DNA from: the human T2T-CHM13v2.0 reference genome, Homo sapiens
Direction: 5' to 3' (one strand)
DNA: 64,000 bases
Assembly: GCF_009914755.1 (NCBI RefSeq)
Contig: NC_060933.1
The translations under genes and the position numbers were made by a program. Under the pieces are notes generated by a model. It ran no database searches, was not told the origin of the DNA, and worked only from the letters and a program-made list of their open reading frames with translations. The first letter of the stretch is position 1. Each line of letters begins with the position of its first letter. Positions 39,434 through 52,800 of the stretch are shown here, piece by piece.

Positions 39434-41154
39434 AGTCGACTGATAACTTAGCCAATCATCCATGCTTATGCTCAGTACCTTTATTGCCAACTACTTTATT
39501 AGTCTAGGTATACAAATATAAATGTGTACAACATAGTCCCTGCTGTAGGTTCTCACAGCCTGAAGGAGAAGGGAGTCATATAAACAAACAAAGCCAAATG
39601 GGGAAATGAAGGAAAGAATTATTTCTAGATTAAAAATAAATAGCTGTATAAGAAAGGTAGCATAATTATAGTACACTATTTGACTCAGCAATGACAGATA
39701 TGTAATCAGAACAAATATCAGTATAACCAAAAAATTGTTATATATATATTTTGGGACTATGCAGGAAATGAGAAGTGGGGTGGACTTTTTATAAGAAAAT
39801 GGAATAGTCATCTACTATAAAAGAATAGATGATTCTAAGAAATTGCAGCATAGCTGTATAAGCACATTATTTAGAAATACAGAGGCAAATTCCAGAAGAC
39901 ATAACTGGAAGAACTGCATTGGCTGCCTCTGGAGGATAGATGGTAAGACCAAGTTTGGGTTTTTGGTAATAAATCTTTTCAAATAATGTAATTTTTATCT
40001 ATGCATATGTATTATCCTTTGATATAAAATTTAATTTTAAAGTTAATATAGAATGATAAGGCCTATCTTGGAGGAATGTGAAAGATGCTATGCATTTATT
40101 CTTAATGTTATTATGCCTCTGATTGGTGAAGGTATGAAAGGTTTCACTAAGCTAAGTATGGAGGCCTGTGAAAGTATACCAGCAATCCCCAACCTAAGAA
40201 TGAGTCATGTTCCAAAAGCTTATTTATTTATTTATTAGCATCTCTGTTGGAAAATGCCCTGATTAACCCACCTGGAGCAGACAACTCCAGAAATCCCAGC
40301 ATTGGCTGCCACTTAGGGTATAGAGGAAACACAATAAATACCAGAGGGAAGGGAATTTGGAGCCTGGGAGAAATCTAGGAGACAGGAGGTAAGGAGAGAG
40401 AAAGGAGAGAGAAAGGCAACCCAAGAGTAGCATGCAAAGATATAAATGCCTGTGAGGCCCCCAGGTGACTTTGGGGTTTCTCAATTTTCCCAGTGTAACT
40501 GGTGATTTATCTGTCTCATCCTCCTCCATTTGTAAGTTCCCGATAGGCAAGGTCCACACCTCAATCACATCTGAGTCCCCTGCATCTAAGAGGGGACCCT
40601 GCCTGTGCTTCCCTAAACAGCAGAGAGTGATTGCGTGTTTATTCCTGACAGATGCTATTCTAAGTACTTTCTGTGTATGAACACATTTAGTTCTGACAGA
40701 CACCTGGAGAAGTAGGTATTATTACCTCTACTTTGCAGAGGATGAAACCAAAGCACTTCCAGACTCAGGAAATCTGACTGAATCACATTGAGTCCATCTG
40801 AAATTTTAGCTCTAAGTCAAATACGGCCCCCATTCTGGAGAAACTTTGTTTCTCTGATTTGCAACCTCCCGTACCAATATAATTCCCTTTCTTTCTAATA
40901 CTAGAAATGTAGTGGCAGGAAAGAGAAAAAAAGAGAGTTAATATTTATTGAGCTATTTTTTAATGTGCCAAGCATTTTGCATGTGTTATCTAATTGAAAC
41001 CTCATGATAAACATTTGAAGCAGATGTTATTATATTTATCTTCATTTCATTGGTGAAGAAATTGAAGGTCAGAAAAATGAATTCCCAGGATCCTATACAG
41101 TTGGAGTTGCAGAAGTGAAGTCTGAGCCCAGGTCTCTTTGATGACCATGCCTTT

Positions 41155-42020
41155 CAAGGTAGCCAGCCTCCAAGATGGCTCCACAAGATCCCACCTCCTG
41201 GAATGAACCTTTATGAAGTCTGTATTAGTCCATCCTTATGCTGCTATGAAGAAATACCCAAGAGAGGGTTATTTATAAAGGAAAGAGATTTAATTGACTC
41301 ACAGTTCTGCATGGCTGGGGAAACCTCAGGAAACTTACAATCATGGCAGAAGACACCTCTTCACAGGGCAGCAGGAGAGAGAATGAGAACCTAGCATAGG
41401 GGGAAGACCCTTATAAAATCATCACATCTTGTGAGAACTCTCACTATCACAAGAACAGTATGGGGAACACCACCCCCACGATTCAATTATCTCTACCTGG
41501 TCCCTACCATGACATGTGGGAATTATGGGAACTATAACTCAAGATGAGATTGGGGGCAGGGGGACACAACAAAACCACATCAAAGTCCTTTTCCTGGCCA
41601 TTGTATCAGAGTTGGTCTACAGGACCAACAGAATAAAGTGGAATTGATCACTTTTGACTATAGAGACTGTAAATCATAAAAGACCTGTTGACTTCTGTTT
41701 GTCTCTCTTTTAAGTCACTCACTCAAGGAGGGGCCAGTTGCGAGGTCATGAGGACCACACTGCAAGAATCTAAGGTCTCTTGCCGAGAGCCATCTGAGTG
41801 AGTCATCCTGGACATCTTGCAACCCTAGTCAGCCTTTCGGATGACTACAGCCACAGCTGACAACTTGAACTTAACTGCAAATCCTAAAAGACCCTGAGCC
41901 AGAACCACACATTTCAGCTGCTCCCACATTTCTGACCTTCAGAAACCATATAAGGCAATAAATGTTTTAAGTTGCTAAGGTTTGGAGTAATTTGTTACAC
42001 AGCAATACATAGCCAATATA
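41155..42020 (+). mobile_element. MLT1F-like LTR interrupted by THE1
   Basis: GGTAGCCAGCCTCCAAGATGGC start; GTAATTTGTTACACAGCAATACATAGCCAATATA end. Confidence 0.8.
41221..41582 (-). mobile_element. THE1 (THE1C-like) solo LTR
   Basis: TGTATTAGTCC...AAACCACATCA. Perfect 5-bp TSD AAGTC at 41216-41220 and 41583-41587. Confidence 0.92.
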
Positions 42021-43214
42021 TCTCGTTCTTCCCTCTGAGGAGGAGTCTGTGAACCAGGCATTTGTACCACTATGGCCTCCTCACCTTCCCGTGGCCACTC
42101 CCTGCTCTTCTTGAGCACAGAGCTAATACCTGATCTCACTCAGTGGCCATGAAAGAGTAGCCACACATCTGTGATGACTTCTTGCTCCAGGTAAGCACAG
42201 AGCTGGCATTGAGCACATCAGCACAAGAGAAAAAGAAAGCATTTTCAACTTTTGCCATACTGAACCTGGTCCTGGGGAATGAATTTGGTGACCTACAGAA
42301 AGAGATCTCGTTCATCCTGCACACTTGTACCTTTGCCACTTCAAGAGAACCACAGAGAATGGAATAATTTGTGTCTTGGTAAAACTCAGGGAGTTAAATT
42401 TTCAAGGGAAATGAATGTAATGCATTTAATTAGGGTTACTGTGACCATGAGCAAACCAGAGCACTTTCCCAAGCCTGTCACATTCCTGCTATTGTTGCTT
42501 CCGATTTAAATAGCACAAGGAGCTGCAGAGTGGGTCTACTCATGCTTAAACCATAATCATAAGAGGGTTGTTTGTCTCTGAAATCAGGAGCCCAGGCAGA
42601 GGAAGGAGGAGAGACAGCAATTGGAACAACCCACTCCCTTCTCTGCCCAGCTCCCTACCCAGCTCCCAGTGCAAACAAACAAACAAAAAAAAACAATCCT
42701 GGGCTGCCGCAAAGTAGGGTGGATTTCTGTTTGTTAAGATCCTACTTGGTACTGAGCCCTGTGGTCTGTTTTCTCATCAGCTGCTCACAAGAACCCGTTA
42801 GGTAGGAATTGCAGTCACCATGTTTACAGACAAGGAAGGGAGGCTCAGGGAGGTGATGCCCTTGTGGGAAGTCACACAGGTCAGTAGTGAATTAGAATTC
42901 AAATTAGAAATTTCGCTGTGAGACCTAACCTCCCGTTTCCTCCACACACCCCCTTAGATGCCCACTGAAGAGATCTAGGCATGCAGGGTTTAAAACCCAG
43001 ATCCCACACCCAAAACCAGCAAACTGAAATCCTCACAAAGGGGCAGGAACAGGCAGTGGAAAGTTGTGGGTTCCCATTCTAAGACCTCTTTGGCTACTTG
43101 CTGTCTACGTAGCCTTGAGCAAATCTCTCAACCTTTCTGAGCCTCCACTCCCGCTCAATAATCTTAGGGTTGTTGAGATGATTAAATGAGAAAATACATG
43201 TAAAGTACAGAGCA

Positions 43215-43232
43215 GAATGAATGAATGAATGA

Positions 43233-43271
<39 letters not shown>

Positions 43272-43272
43272 A
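43215..43272. repeat. (GAAT)n(AAAT)n microsatellite at the end of a MIR (~43050-43215)
   Basis: Direct reading of the tandem tetramers. Confidence 0.9.
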
Positions 43273-43984
43273 ATGCCTAGCAGAGAGAACAATTTCCCCA
43301 TCCTCATTCCTGCCTCCTCGAGTTTTGAGAAACCAAGACATAGCACTAGAGACAGAAGTGCCTCAAAATCCTAAAATTTCCCTATGGAAGATTCCAGAGC
43401 AGGAATGTAATGTATACAACTTTCCTTCTCTGGGCCCAGCTACCTCATTCATCAGGTGGGCCCCAAATTAATTCCCACATCACAGGTTGCAATGACAATC
43501 AAAGGGAGGAATGTATATGACAGTAACAGAAAACTCTAAGAATCTTAAACAAGTTATGGCTTTTTTTCCTTTATTGTTTACCTTTGGATGTCTATGACAT
43601 CACTCCAGTTAAATGTGGTCAACTTGCTATCAGGTCCCATCCAGACCCAGGGACAACAGGGAGGACACACAGTTCACAAGCAAAAACAAGGGGCGGGAAC
43701 CACTCCATCCAACCATTACCCAAAACCTGACCCCGCCCAAATAGGACCCTATCCAACCAGGCCTCCCATGAGTAGGGAAGGTGTATCCTTAGGGACAGAC
43801 CGGGTTTTAAGCCTTGGCTTGCCTTTTAACAGTTTCTTTTCATGGAACAGGCACAAAATTTGGTATCAGGAGCCTTGTGTTTCAACCCCAGATCTGCCAC
43901 CTACTGGCTGTGTAACCTCAGAGTCACCTAACCTCTCTGAGGCTTATGGTTTTTATCAGGATTTAATAAACTAATATGTTTGAC

Positions 43985-44330
43985 TGGTTAAGAATTGTGG
44001 CCAGGGATAGAGTGGTCCCTTCAGAACTGATTCAAGGAGTTTCAAACTTGAGCCTGGTGTGACATATACTCTGTCCTTGTTTACCAAGAAATCCAGCACA
44101 TCACCTTTTGTGATGTTGCACCTCATCCTCTTGGAGATGCCTCCTAAAAAGACTTTCAAAGCCCTTGTGGGATGCTCCTATGGTGTGTCTCTTACTCATG
44201 TCAGAGCACCTTCCTGGGCAACCTGTAGCAAGTCAGTCCAATCTTGCCAAGGTAATGCTGGGCAATCTCAATGCTGGGAAATACCAGCTTCCAGTGGCCA
44301 AAATTCGAGAATCTCTTCTCTTCTCACCTG
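43985..44330 (-). mobile_element. CR1/L3 fragment
   Basis: CCTTGTTTACCAAGAAATCCAGCACATCACCTTTTGTG...AGACTTTCAAAGCC resembles antisense CR1 RT. Confidence 0.45.
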
Positions 44331-44989
44331 TGATTTGAAGCATCTCAGAACATAGTGGAGTGACCACGTCTGCATTTAAAATGTTCCTTCCAAATATGAA
44401 ATTCTCTGGGCAGTGAGGGCAGTCTCTTAACCTATGGAACCATGGTGTTCTGCAGACTGGACCAGGTGTCAGCTGCAAAAATAACAGCACAGCGATCACT
44501 TCCCAATTTATGGAAATACATTAAGCCAATTGCTGGACATTTTTCAACTTCAAATTTTTTCTTATACCTATGTCACCAGTTAGTGCTTGTCCATGCTAGA
44601 ATCTGGTATTGAATTATGTCATATATACTTAGCTATTTCAAATTTCATATATCAATATTTTATGGTTTTCCACAAATAGTGCAATTCAAGACATAGATCG
44701 TGTCAGCTCCCCTGCCCATCTCGGCCTGCTCACAGCTTGAGATACATAGTAGCTGTGAAACAAAGGCATTGACTCACAGATTTTCTTTTTAAAAGGGGAA
44801 AAAAGAAAAAATGGCCATATCAACATTTCTTTCTAAGCCCAACTCCTCAATTTGTAAAATGGATCTCATCCATTCTCACCTACTCGGAGTTCACTCCTGT
44901 TGATCTAACATTTCATTTTTCAGGTCCTCTTTATAGAAAAACTCTCAAGTAGATCAAGTGCTGAAGCTCACTATTAGCACTTTGTCTAC

Positions 44990-46215
44990 TCCTTTTCTCT
45001 CCTGAAGTCACTGTAATCAGGTTTTTGGTCCTGCCATTCTGCTGGAAGAGCTCTTGCAAGGTCACCATGACCTCCATGGTGCAAAATCCAGTAGTCAATT
45101 CTCAATTCTCTGCTTTCTCAAATTCCCAGCTCATTTTACTCCTTCTTGGACCACTTTCTTCACTTGGTTCCCAAGACATGACTCTTGTGGCTTTCTTCCT
45201 GCCTCACCTCACCTCACCTCACCTCATTCTCAGTGTCCTTCCCTCGCTGCCCCTTGTGCCCCAGAGCTTGATTCTTGGGCTGCTTCTCTTTTTTGTTACT
45301 CCGTATCTATTTTTATTTCCTGGAGAATGATGATGATTTTAAAATACACTTTAAATGCCTTCTGTACTCTGACAACTCCAAAATATACATATCCAACCTG
45401 GATCTCTCCCGGAAATCCAGGCTTTTATCTACAACTGTCTCATTGACGTCTCCTCTTGGATGGCTAAATGACATCTTAGACCTAACAAGTTCAAACCAAA
45501 CTCTTGTTTTTCCCATTTTAAATTTCCCTTCCAAACTTTTGCTCATTTTGGAACTGGCAGCTCCATTCTTCCAGGCGTCCAAACTCGGAATTACCCTTGG
45601 CTCTTCTTTCCCTCACATCCAGTCCATCAGCAAATCCTGCAAGCTCCATCTTAAAAATGCATCCACCTTTTACCACATCCGCTGTGTCTACCCTGGTTGA
45701 AGCCACAACGGTTTCCACCTGGATTCCAGCAATGGGCTCCTGACTGAACCCTCTGCTGTCTCCATGCTCCTTTCACTCTTTTCTCCCCACAACACCCAGA
45801 GTGATCCTGTGAAAAGGGGCTCACATCATATCCCTCCTTTGTCCAATATCTTCTGCATGCTTTACTCCATCAAGCCCTCTGTTCAAATGACATCTTACCA
45901 GAGAGCCCTTCTCTGATCACCTTATTAAAAATTACTAATCCCTATTGACCCACTGCACTCCTTTGTACTTACCCAACTTTATTTTTCTTCACAGACATAT
46001 ATTAAATTCCATATATCAATATTTTATGGTGTTCCACAAATTGTCTGATTTTATATATATATGTATGTATATAATATTGACTCCCCATAGATGCTAATGC
46101 TTTGAACACTTTGCCTTTTTATATTCACTGCTTTGTCCCTAGCACCTAGAACAGTGTCTGACTCAAAGTTGGTCAATAAATACTTGTTGAATGAATGAAT
46201 GAAATGAATGAATAA
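44990..46215 (+). mobile_element. L2 (long 3' fragment)
   Basis: GGTCACCATGACCTCCATGGTGCAAAATCCAG...CCTAGCACCTAGAACAGTGTCTGAC...AATAAATACTTGTTGAATGAATGAAT. Confidence 0.9.
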
Positions 46216-47430
46216 ATGACCCCAATACAAGAAGTGCCAAAATAGAAGATGAACACAGAACACAGCATGATTATCTGACTGTAGAGAAGGTCATAAGGGC
46301 AGCCTCCTGGGAGAAAGGGATCTGACATTGAGTTGGTTGGCATAAGTTTGAGAACCACTGTCCAATAACAAAGTAGAAATTATGCCCATTGAAGCTTGTA
46401 CTTGATTCCAGCTCAAATATCACCATTCATAGGCATTCTTTTCTTTGGTAAGGGGACCAGGTGTGCCTGACTTCTAAACTCCTTTCACATAAGAGATCCT
46501 GCCTTTGGGTCTTCTTCCCAGTGCCCAGTAGAAATGGAGGCTTGTGGCTGTCAGTACAAGGCAACTTTAGTGTCCATGGTTCAGCCCACATAGAAAAGGG
46601 GCAATAAAGAAAATTTGCTCCGAAATTTTAAAGAGCACATTTGGCCAAACCAGACCTGCAGGAAGTTTAATGTTGCTGGAAATGTCCTGTTCTCTTGGAA
46701 TGGCTGCAGCCAATAATGCTTTGAGAGAAAAGAATCACATCCATTCACAGAGGGGGCTCTGGAGAGAGCAGGTTAATTTCAGCAGCTGCCACTAGAGGTC
46801 TGTTCACAGCTAGAAATAAGAAGAGGCATCACTCCTGTAGCCTTTTCAGCGCTTCTGGAGAGAGCCTCCTGCCCCAGAGTCTGCCCCCAGAGCACACTGA
46901 GCTCACATCACACCTGCCAGTGCCTCTGCTGTGGTCTTTTTTTTACCCATCAGAAACCCCATGTTGGGTCTCCTCCCCCAAACATCATGGAAGGACAGAA
47001 AACCCCTTAGAAGTACTGACTGTCCTGAGCCATGGCTTGAAGGAAAGAGCTGAGGAAATGGTTCCTGGTCACTAAATAAACATTTCTACATTTAGTGGTA
47101 GCATTTGCAATTACCCAAAGCAGGTCTTCTTTCATGCAATAAATGTTTCCCTAAAGGCCTATCTAAAAATCAAGTTGTTTTCATGCAAAAGAGTTGAGAG
47201 CTCACAATCTGAAGAAATACTTCAAGAATCCTGTGAGTAGTGACTTGATAACTCTGAATAATATATCTATTTGGTAGATTCATGCCTCGGGGTTGCTTTA
47301 AGTGGCTCTAAGACTTGTCTGTAGATGAGTTTGAAGTATCAATCCTGTGTGCTGTAGAGTTTGGTTATGCATTATGTGCACATCCATTAGGTATTTTTTA
47401 CTGAGGTAAAATCTATTTAACATAAAATTT

Positions 47431-49005
47431 GGCTGGGTGCAGTGGCTCATGCCTTGACGTTGTATGGCTGTGTCCCCACCCAAATCTCAACTTGAATTGT
47501 ATCTCCCAGAATTCCCCTGTGTTGTGGGAAGGACAGGGGGGTGTAATTAATCATGGGGGCCAGTCTTCCCTGTGCTATTCTTGTGATAGTGAGTAAGTCT
47601 CACGAGATCTGATGGGTTTATCAGGGGTTTCTGCTTTTGCTTCTTCCTCATTTTTCTCCTGACTAGATTTCAGAAGGTATGTGGAAACGCCTGGATGTGC
47701 AGGCAAAAGTTTGCTGCAGGGGTGGGGGCCTCATGGAGAACCTCTGCTAGGGCAATGTGGAAGGGAAATGTGGGGTCGGAGGCCCCATACAAAGTCCCTA
47801 GTGGGGCATCACCTAGTGGAACTGTGAGAAGAGGGCCACCGTCCTCCAGAACCCAGAATAGTAGATCCACTGACAGCTTGCACCATGTGCCTGGAAAAGC
47901 CACAGACACTCAACACCAGCCCATGAAAGCAGCTGGGAGGGAGGTTGTACCCTGCAAAGCCACAGGGGTGGAGCTGCCTAAGACCATGGGAACCCACCTC
48001 TTGCATCAGTGTGACCTGGATGTGAGACCTGGAATCAAAGGAGACCATTTGGAACTTTAAAATTTGATTGCCCCACTGGATTTCAGACTTGCACGGACCC
48101 TGTAACCCCTTTGTTTTGGTCAATTTCTCCTATTTGGAATGGCTGTATTTGCCCAATGCCTGTACCCTCATTGTATCCAGGAAGTAACTAGCTTGCTTTA
48201 GATTTTACAGGCTCAGAGGCAAAAGGGACTTGGCTTATCTCAGATGAGATTTTGGACTGTGGAATTTTAGGTTAATACTGAAATGAGTTAAGATGTTGGG
48301 GGACTGTTGGGAAGACACGATTGGTTTTGAAATGTGAAGACATGAGATTTGTGGGGGCCAGGGGCAGAATGATATGGTTTGGCTGTGTCCCCACCCAAAT
48401 CTCAACTTGAATTGTATTTTCCAGAATTCCTCCATGTTGTGGGAGGGACCCAGGGGGAGGTAGCTGAATCACAGGGGCCAGTCTTCCCCATGCTATTCTT
48501 GTGATAGTAAATAAGTCTCATGAGATTGGATAGGTTTATCAGAGGTTTCCACTTTTGCTTCTTCCTCATTTTTCTCTTGTCACTGCCATGTAAGAAGTGC
48601 CTTTCACCTCCTGCCATGATTCTGAGACCTCTCCAGCCATGTGAAACTGTGAGTCCAACTAAAACTCTTTTTCTTCCCAGTCTCAGGTATGTCTTTATCA
48701 GCAGCATGAAAACAGACTAATACATGCCTGTAACCCCAGCATTTTGGGAGACCGAGGTGGGTAGATAGCTGATGCCCAGCAGTTTGAGACGAGCCTGGGC
48801 ATCATGGCAAAATCCCATCTCTATGAAAAAATACCAAAAATTCGCCGAGTGTGGTGGCATTTGCCTGTAGTCCCAGCTACTCAGTAGGCTGAGGTTGGAG
48901 GATCACCTGAGCCCAAGTAAGTTGAGGCTGCAGTGAGTTGTGATCTGCACTCCAGCCTGGGTGACAGAGCAAGGCCCTGTCTTAAAAAAAAAAAAAAGAA
49001 AAGAA
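47431..49005 (+). mobile_element. AluJ (47431-47454 and 48725-49005) split by THE1A
   Basis: GGCTGGGTGCAGTGGCTCATGCCT / TGCCTGTAACCCCAGC. TSD AACATAAAATT at 47419-47429 and 49006-49016. Confidence 0.92.
47455..48724 (+). mobile_element. THE1A provirus with internal deletion (partial 5' LTR 47455-47660, internal 47661-48369, 3' LTR 48370-48724)
   Basis: Two copies of the THE1A LTR start, THE1-int sequence, PPT GGGGCCAGGGGCAGAA before the 3' LTR. TSD TGCCT at 47450-47454 and 48725-48729. Confidence 0.94.
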
Positions 49006-49659
49006 AACATAAAATTAACCATTTTAAACTGTACAATTCGGTGGCTTTTAGTACATTAATGATGTTACACAACCATCACCACTATCTAATTCCGCTATCC
49101 AATTCTATTTTCATCATCCCAAAAAGAAACCTGTACTACTTATTAAACAATCACTCCCCACTCCCCTTTCCCCCAGCCCCTGGAAACCACTAGTCTACTT
49201 TCTGTCTCTCTGAATTTGTCTTTTCTGGACATTCCATATAAATAACATCATACAACATGTGGCTTTTTGTATTTGGCTTCTTTCACGTAGCATAAACTCT
49301 TCAAGGTTCAGCCATATTATGGGACTTATCAGAACTTCATTCCTCTTTATGGCTGAATAATACTTTATCACATGGCTATATCCCATTATTTCGGTTTGTT
49401 TATCCACTCATCAGTTGATGGACATTTGAGCTGTTCCCACATCTTGTGTATTAAGAATAATGTTGCTATGAACATTTTTGTACAATTCTTTGTTTGAACA
49501 TCTCTTTTCAGTTCTTCAGTATACATACCTGGAAGTGGAATGATTATTCTATTCATTTTTGAATTCAATACTGAACGCCTACTCTCTGCGAGGCATCAGA
49601 GTACAGAGAGGAATAAGACAAAACCCCTCCCTCCCCTCAAGTAAACTTCCTCCATGTTT

Positions 49660-50030
49660 TCTGCATGCTATTCATTTGTTCAACAAACACATGCCAGGCA
49701 CTGGGAGTATATCCGTGATCAAGACAGACAAAGGTCCCAGCTGTCACAGAGCTCACAGTTGAGTGAGCAGATGGGAAGGAAGCAAGTAAACAGATGAACA
49801 AATAAGATAATTTCAGGTGACAGTGCAAAAGGACTACTTTTAGCTGGATGGCCAGGGATGGCCTCTGTGATAAGGTGACATTTGAGCTGAGATCTGAATA
49901 ACAAGGAGCCAGTCATATGAGGATCCACAGATAAAGCCATGAGAACGTGGCAGGGGAAGAGCATTCTGGACAGAGGGAACAACAATTGCAAAGGCCCTTA
50001 GGGGGGTGAATTTGACATATTCAAAGAACT
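49660..50030 (-). mobile_element. L2 3' end
   Basis: ATTCATTTGTTCAACAAACAC...AGGTGACATTTGAGCTGAGATCTGAA. Confidence 0.85.
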
Positions 50031-50672
50031 AATATTTGCTGTCATTCGTAGCCCTCCCTTCCTGCCTCCTTCCTGTGCAGCCAAAGCCTAATCCATGTCT
50101 GCCCACTCATGGACTTTACTCCATCTGCCACATCCTATCTTTTCTGTATTTCTTACCTCTCCCTCTCTACTGGTCTCCTTTCAGCCATAGTTAAATTAAT
50201 CTACCCTTCAGCCAACAAAACTGGAACCCTTTATGGTTCTCTCTGGCCATTGTACCATCTTTTTTCTTCTCTTTACATTGGAGCATATCAAAAGAGTAAT
50301 ATACACTTGAATTACCACTTTTCTACTCTTTGCTATTCTTCAACCTTCAGCTATGTGGCTTCAACCCCTACAAACTCATGGACACTATTTTCCTCAAGGT
50401 CTCCTCTTGTTTGTAAAATCTAGTGCACACTCCTTAACTTAATTAACTCTTAATTATGATGGATACTCTTGAGTACTTCTGCTCTTGAAACTTCATATTC
50501 TATGGGTATTAAACCTCACTGTCTTGCTCCTCTTCCTAAGTCTTCCTTCCATGTATCTTTTCTGCTGCCCACTTATCAAATGTCAGTGTACCCAAGGCAT
50601 ATTTTAGCCTCTCTCACTCTCATTCTAATCCTTCTGAAAGTGACACCAACCAAACAGTCATGGTTTTAAATA

Positions 50673-51288
50673 CACTGCATCCTCATTATTCAAGAATTTC
50701 CCTACTCACTAAAATTTATTTGTAACCACAAATCAATACTCTGGGCAGTGTCATGGTCATTCATGAACATGAACAGAGCAGCTAACGCTGGACAAGGCAG
50801 CACTCCTATTTTAGCTTTTATACTGCAAACAGCTATCCTTTCATAATCTATTTAGGACCCCCCCCCTCCTTTTTTTTTTTTTTTTTTTTTGCATTTGTGT
50901 GCATTTTGTTGGTGATTTCACTGTTCAAGATGGCCCTCAAGCACAGTGTTGAAATGTTGGCTAGTGTTTCTAAGTGCAAGATGATTATGATGTCCTTACA
51001 GAGAAAACATATGTATTAGAAAAGCTTCAGTTAGGCATAAGTTATAGTGTTGTTGCCCATGAGTTTAATGTTAGTGAATCAACAGTATATATTAAATAAG
51101 GCATCTTTAAATGGAAACACACTTAAAACAAGGTTATGCACTGATTAGTTGATAAAAATATTATGACCAAAGGCTCACAGGAACCTAACCCTATATTTCC
51201 CCTAGGAGCAATGGCTCAATGTTCACTAATTCAGTGTTTTTGGTGACTTTGTAGAACATAACTACCATGAATAAAGAGAACCAACTAT
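50673..51288 (-). mobile_element. MER82 (TcMar-Tigger) inside a long degenerate L2 (~50080-52230)
   Basis: ATCCTCATTATTC...CCTACTCACTAAAATTTATTTGTAACC...GGAACCTAACCCTATATTTCCCCTAGGAGCAATGG...AGAACATAACTACC; TA flanks. Confidence 0.85.
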
Positions 51289-52800
51289 ACAATCCAAACC
51301 ACAATGTCCCTAAGGGCATTTTATCTTCTGCCCAAACTTCTCATCTTTTGTAAACCCAAATATTCAGTTGCCTACTGAACAATTCTCCTCAATTGTCACA
51401 AAACACTACAATTAGCACATGGAAAGCTAGACTTGCATCTTCATCCCATTCTTTCCCCAACTAACCTAGTCACCTTCCTAGTTTCCTTGTCTCTGCTAAT
51501 GACCTATCTAACCAGTGACTTCAGCCACCACCCCAGAGTCCTCCTCACTGTCCCATCTCCCAAATCTCTACATTGAAGCAGTCTCTAAGTCTTCTGCATT
51601 CTTCCTCCCATGTCTTGAGTCAGTCTTCTCTGTCCCATTACTCTTGCTTCTGCCTCGCAAGAGTACTACATGCCTGCCAGACTACTATCATCCTTGGATT
51701 TCTGAAGGGCCTCCTACTTCTCCCCTTCTAATCAAGGCTTCATCTTTCTGCCAGAATTATCTTTCTACCATGCCAATTCAATCCTGTTGGATTAATCCTA
51801 CAGTTTAAAATCTTTACTGGCTTTCTATTGCAAACAATGTCAAGTCCAAACTCCAGCCTGGCATAAAAGGACTTCCCTCAGCTGGGCTCTGACTACCCCT
51901 CCTGCCACCTCTCCAGCTGATCCTCACATCATCTTTTCTCTAGCAGAAATAAATTTCTTTGCTGTTTCCTAAGCATTCTATAGTTGCACATTGTTCTCTC
52001 TGCCTCTAATATCCTTTCTCTGACTTGACCTTCCTTTCTGATATACTGTATCCTCTTAGAAGCCTTCCTATTCTTTTCCTCACTCCCACCAGACTGAATT
52101 AAATGCAGTCTTTTGTCTTCTCCAAACTTAAGTGGGTTAGCAATTACCTTTACTGTTCTGCAAGAGAGGATGGGCACATGTCTAGTTACTTCTATATCCC
52201 CAGGGTGGCACTCTTCCTACAAGGTATACTCTTGGACAAAAATGTTAGCTCCTCTGAGCTGCAAATTCACTTTTGCAAAAATAAATTAGTCCTACCCTCC
52301 TCATATGGCTCTTGTAAAAACAAAATGAACAATGCAAACAAACAAAAACAAACAAAAAATTGCCCAGAATTTAGACCAAAAAAAAAAAAAATTCAAATCT
52401 TGCTAGTACTTTTGACTCACACATTTCAGCAAGAATTCCCCATCACCATCCAACTATGCTCAAACAGCTTCTCTCCAAGACCTCTTTATTTTCACCAACA
52501 CCATCCAAATTATTCACACTCTAAACCTGTCTTTTCCCCATTTCTGCCTATATTCATTTGTTGTTCATGGAGACTTGTTGAATTTTTCTTTCATATTTCT
52601 AGTAACATCTTCCTGTCCATTTCCAATGCCACCTGTCCTACTTTGAGAACAAATGGACTCAGTCTTGTATTATTCCTTGAAATCTTCACTGGTCATCCTG
52701 CTCCCACTTCCCCCAATCCTCTCCGTTCCTCCTGGTTCTTCAAGCTGCACCATGGCCAGAAGCTCCCTGTCTACTCACACAGGAGTGAAATGTGCAGGGG

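Larger units (their letters stand above)
47394..49545 (-). mobile_element. L1MB-like 3' end (47394-47430 and 49017-49545) split by AluJ
   Basis: TTTTTTACTGAGGTAAAATC...AACATAAAATT resumes as AACCATTTTAAACTGTACAATTCGGTGG. Confidence 0.85.

Noticed and set aside
47670-48123. ORFs in the THE1 internal region
   Set aside because: Decayed MaLR internal sequence, truncated by deletion.
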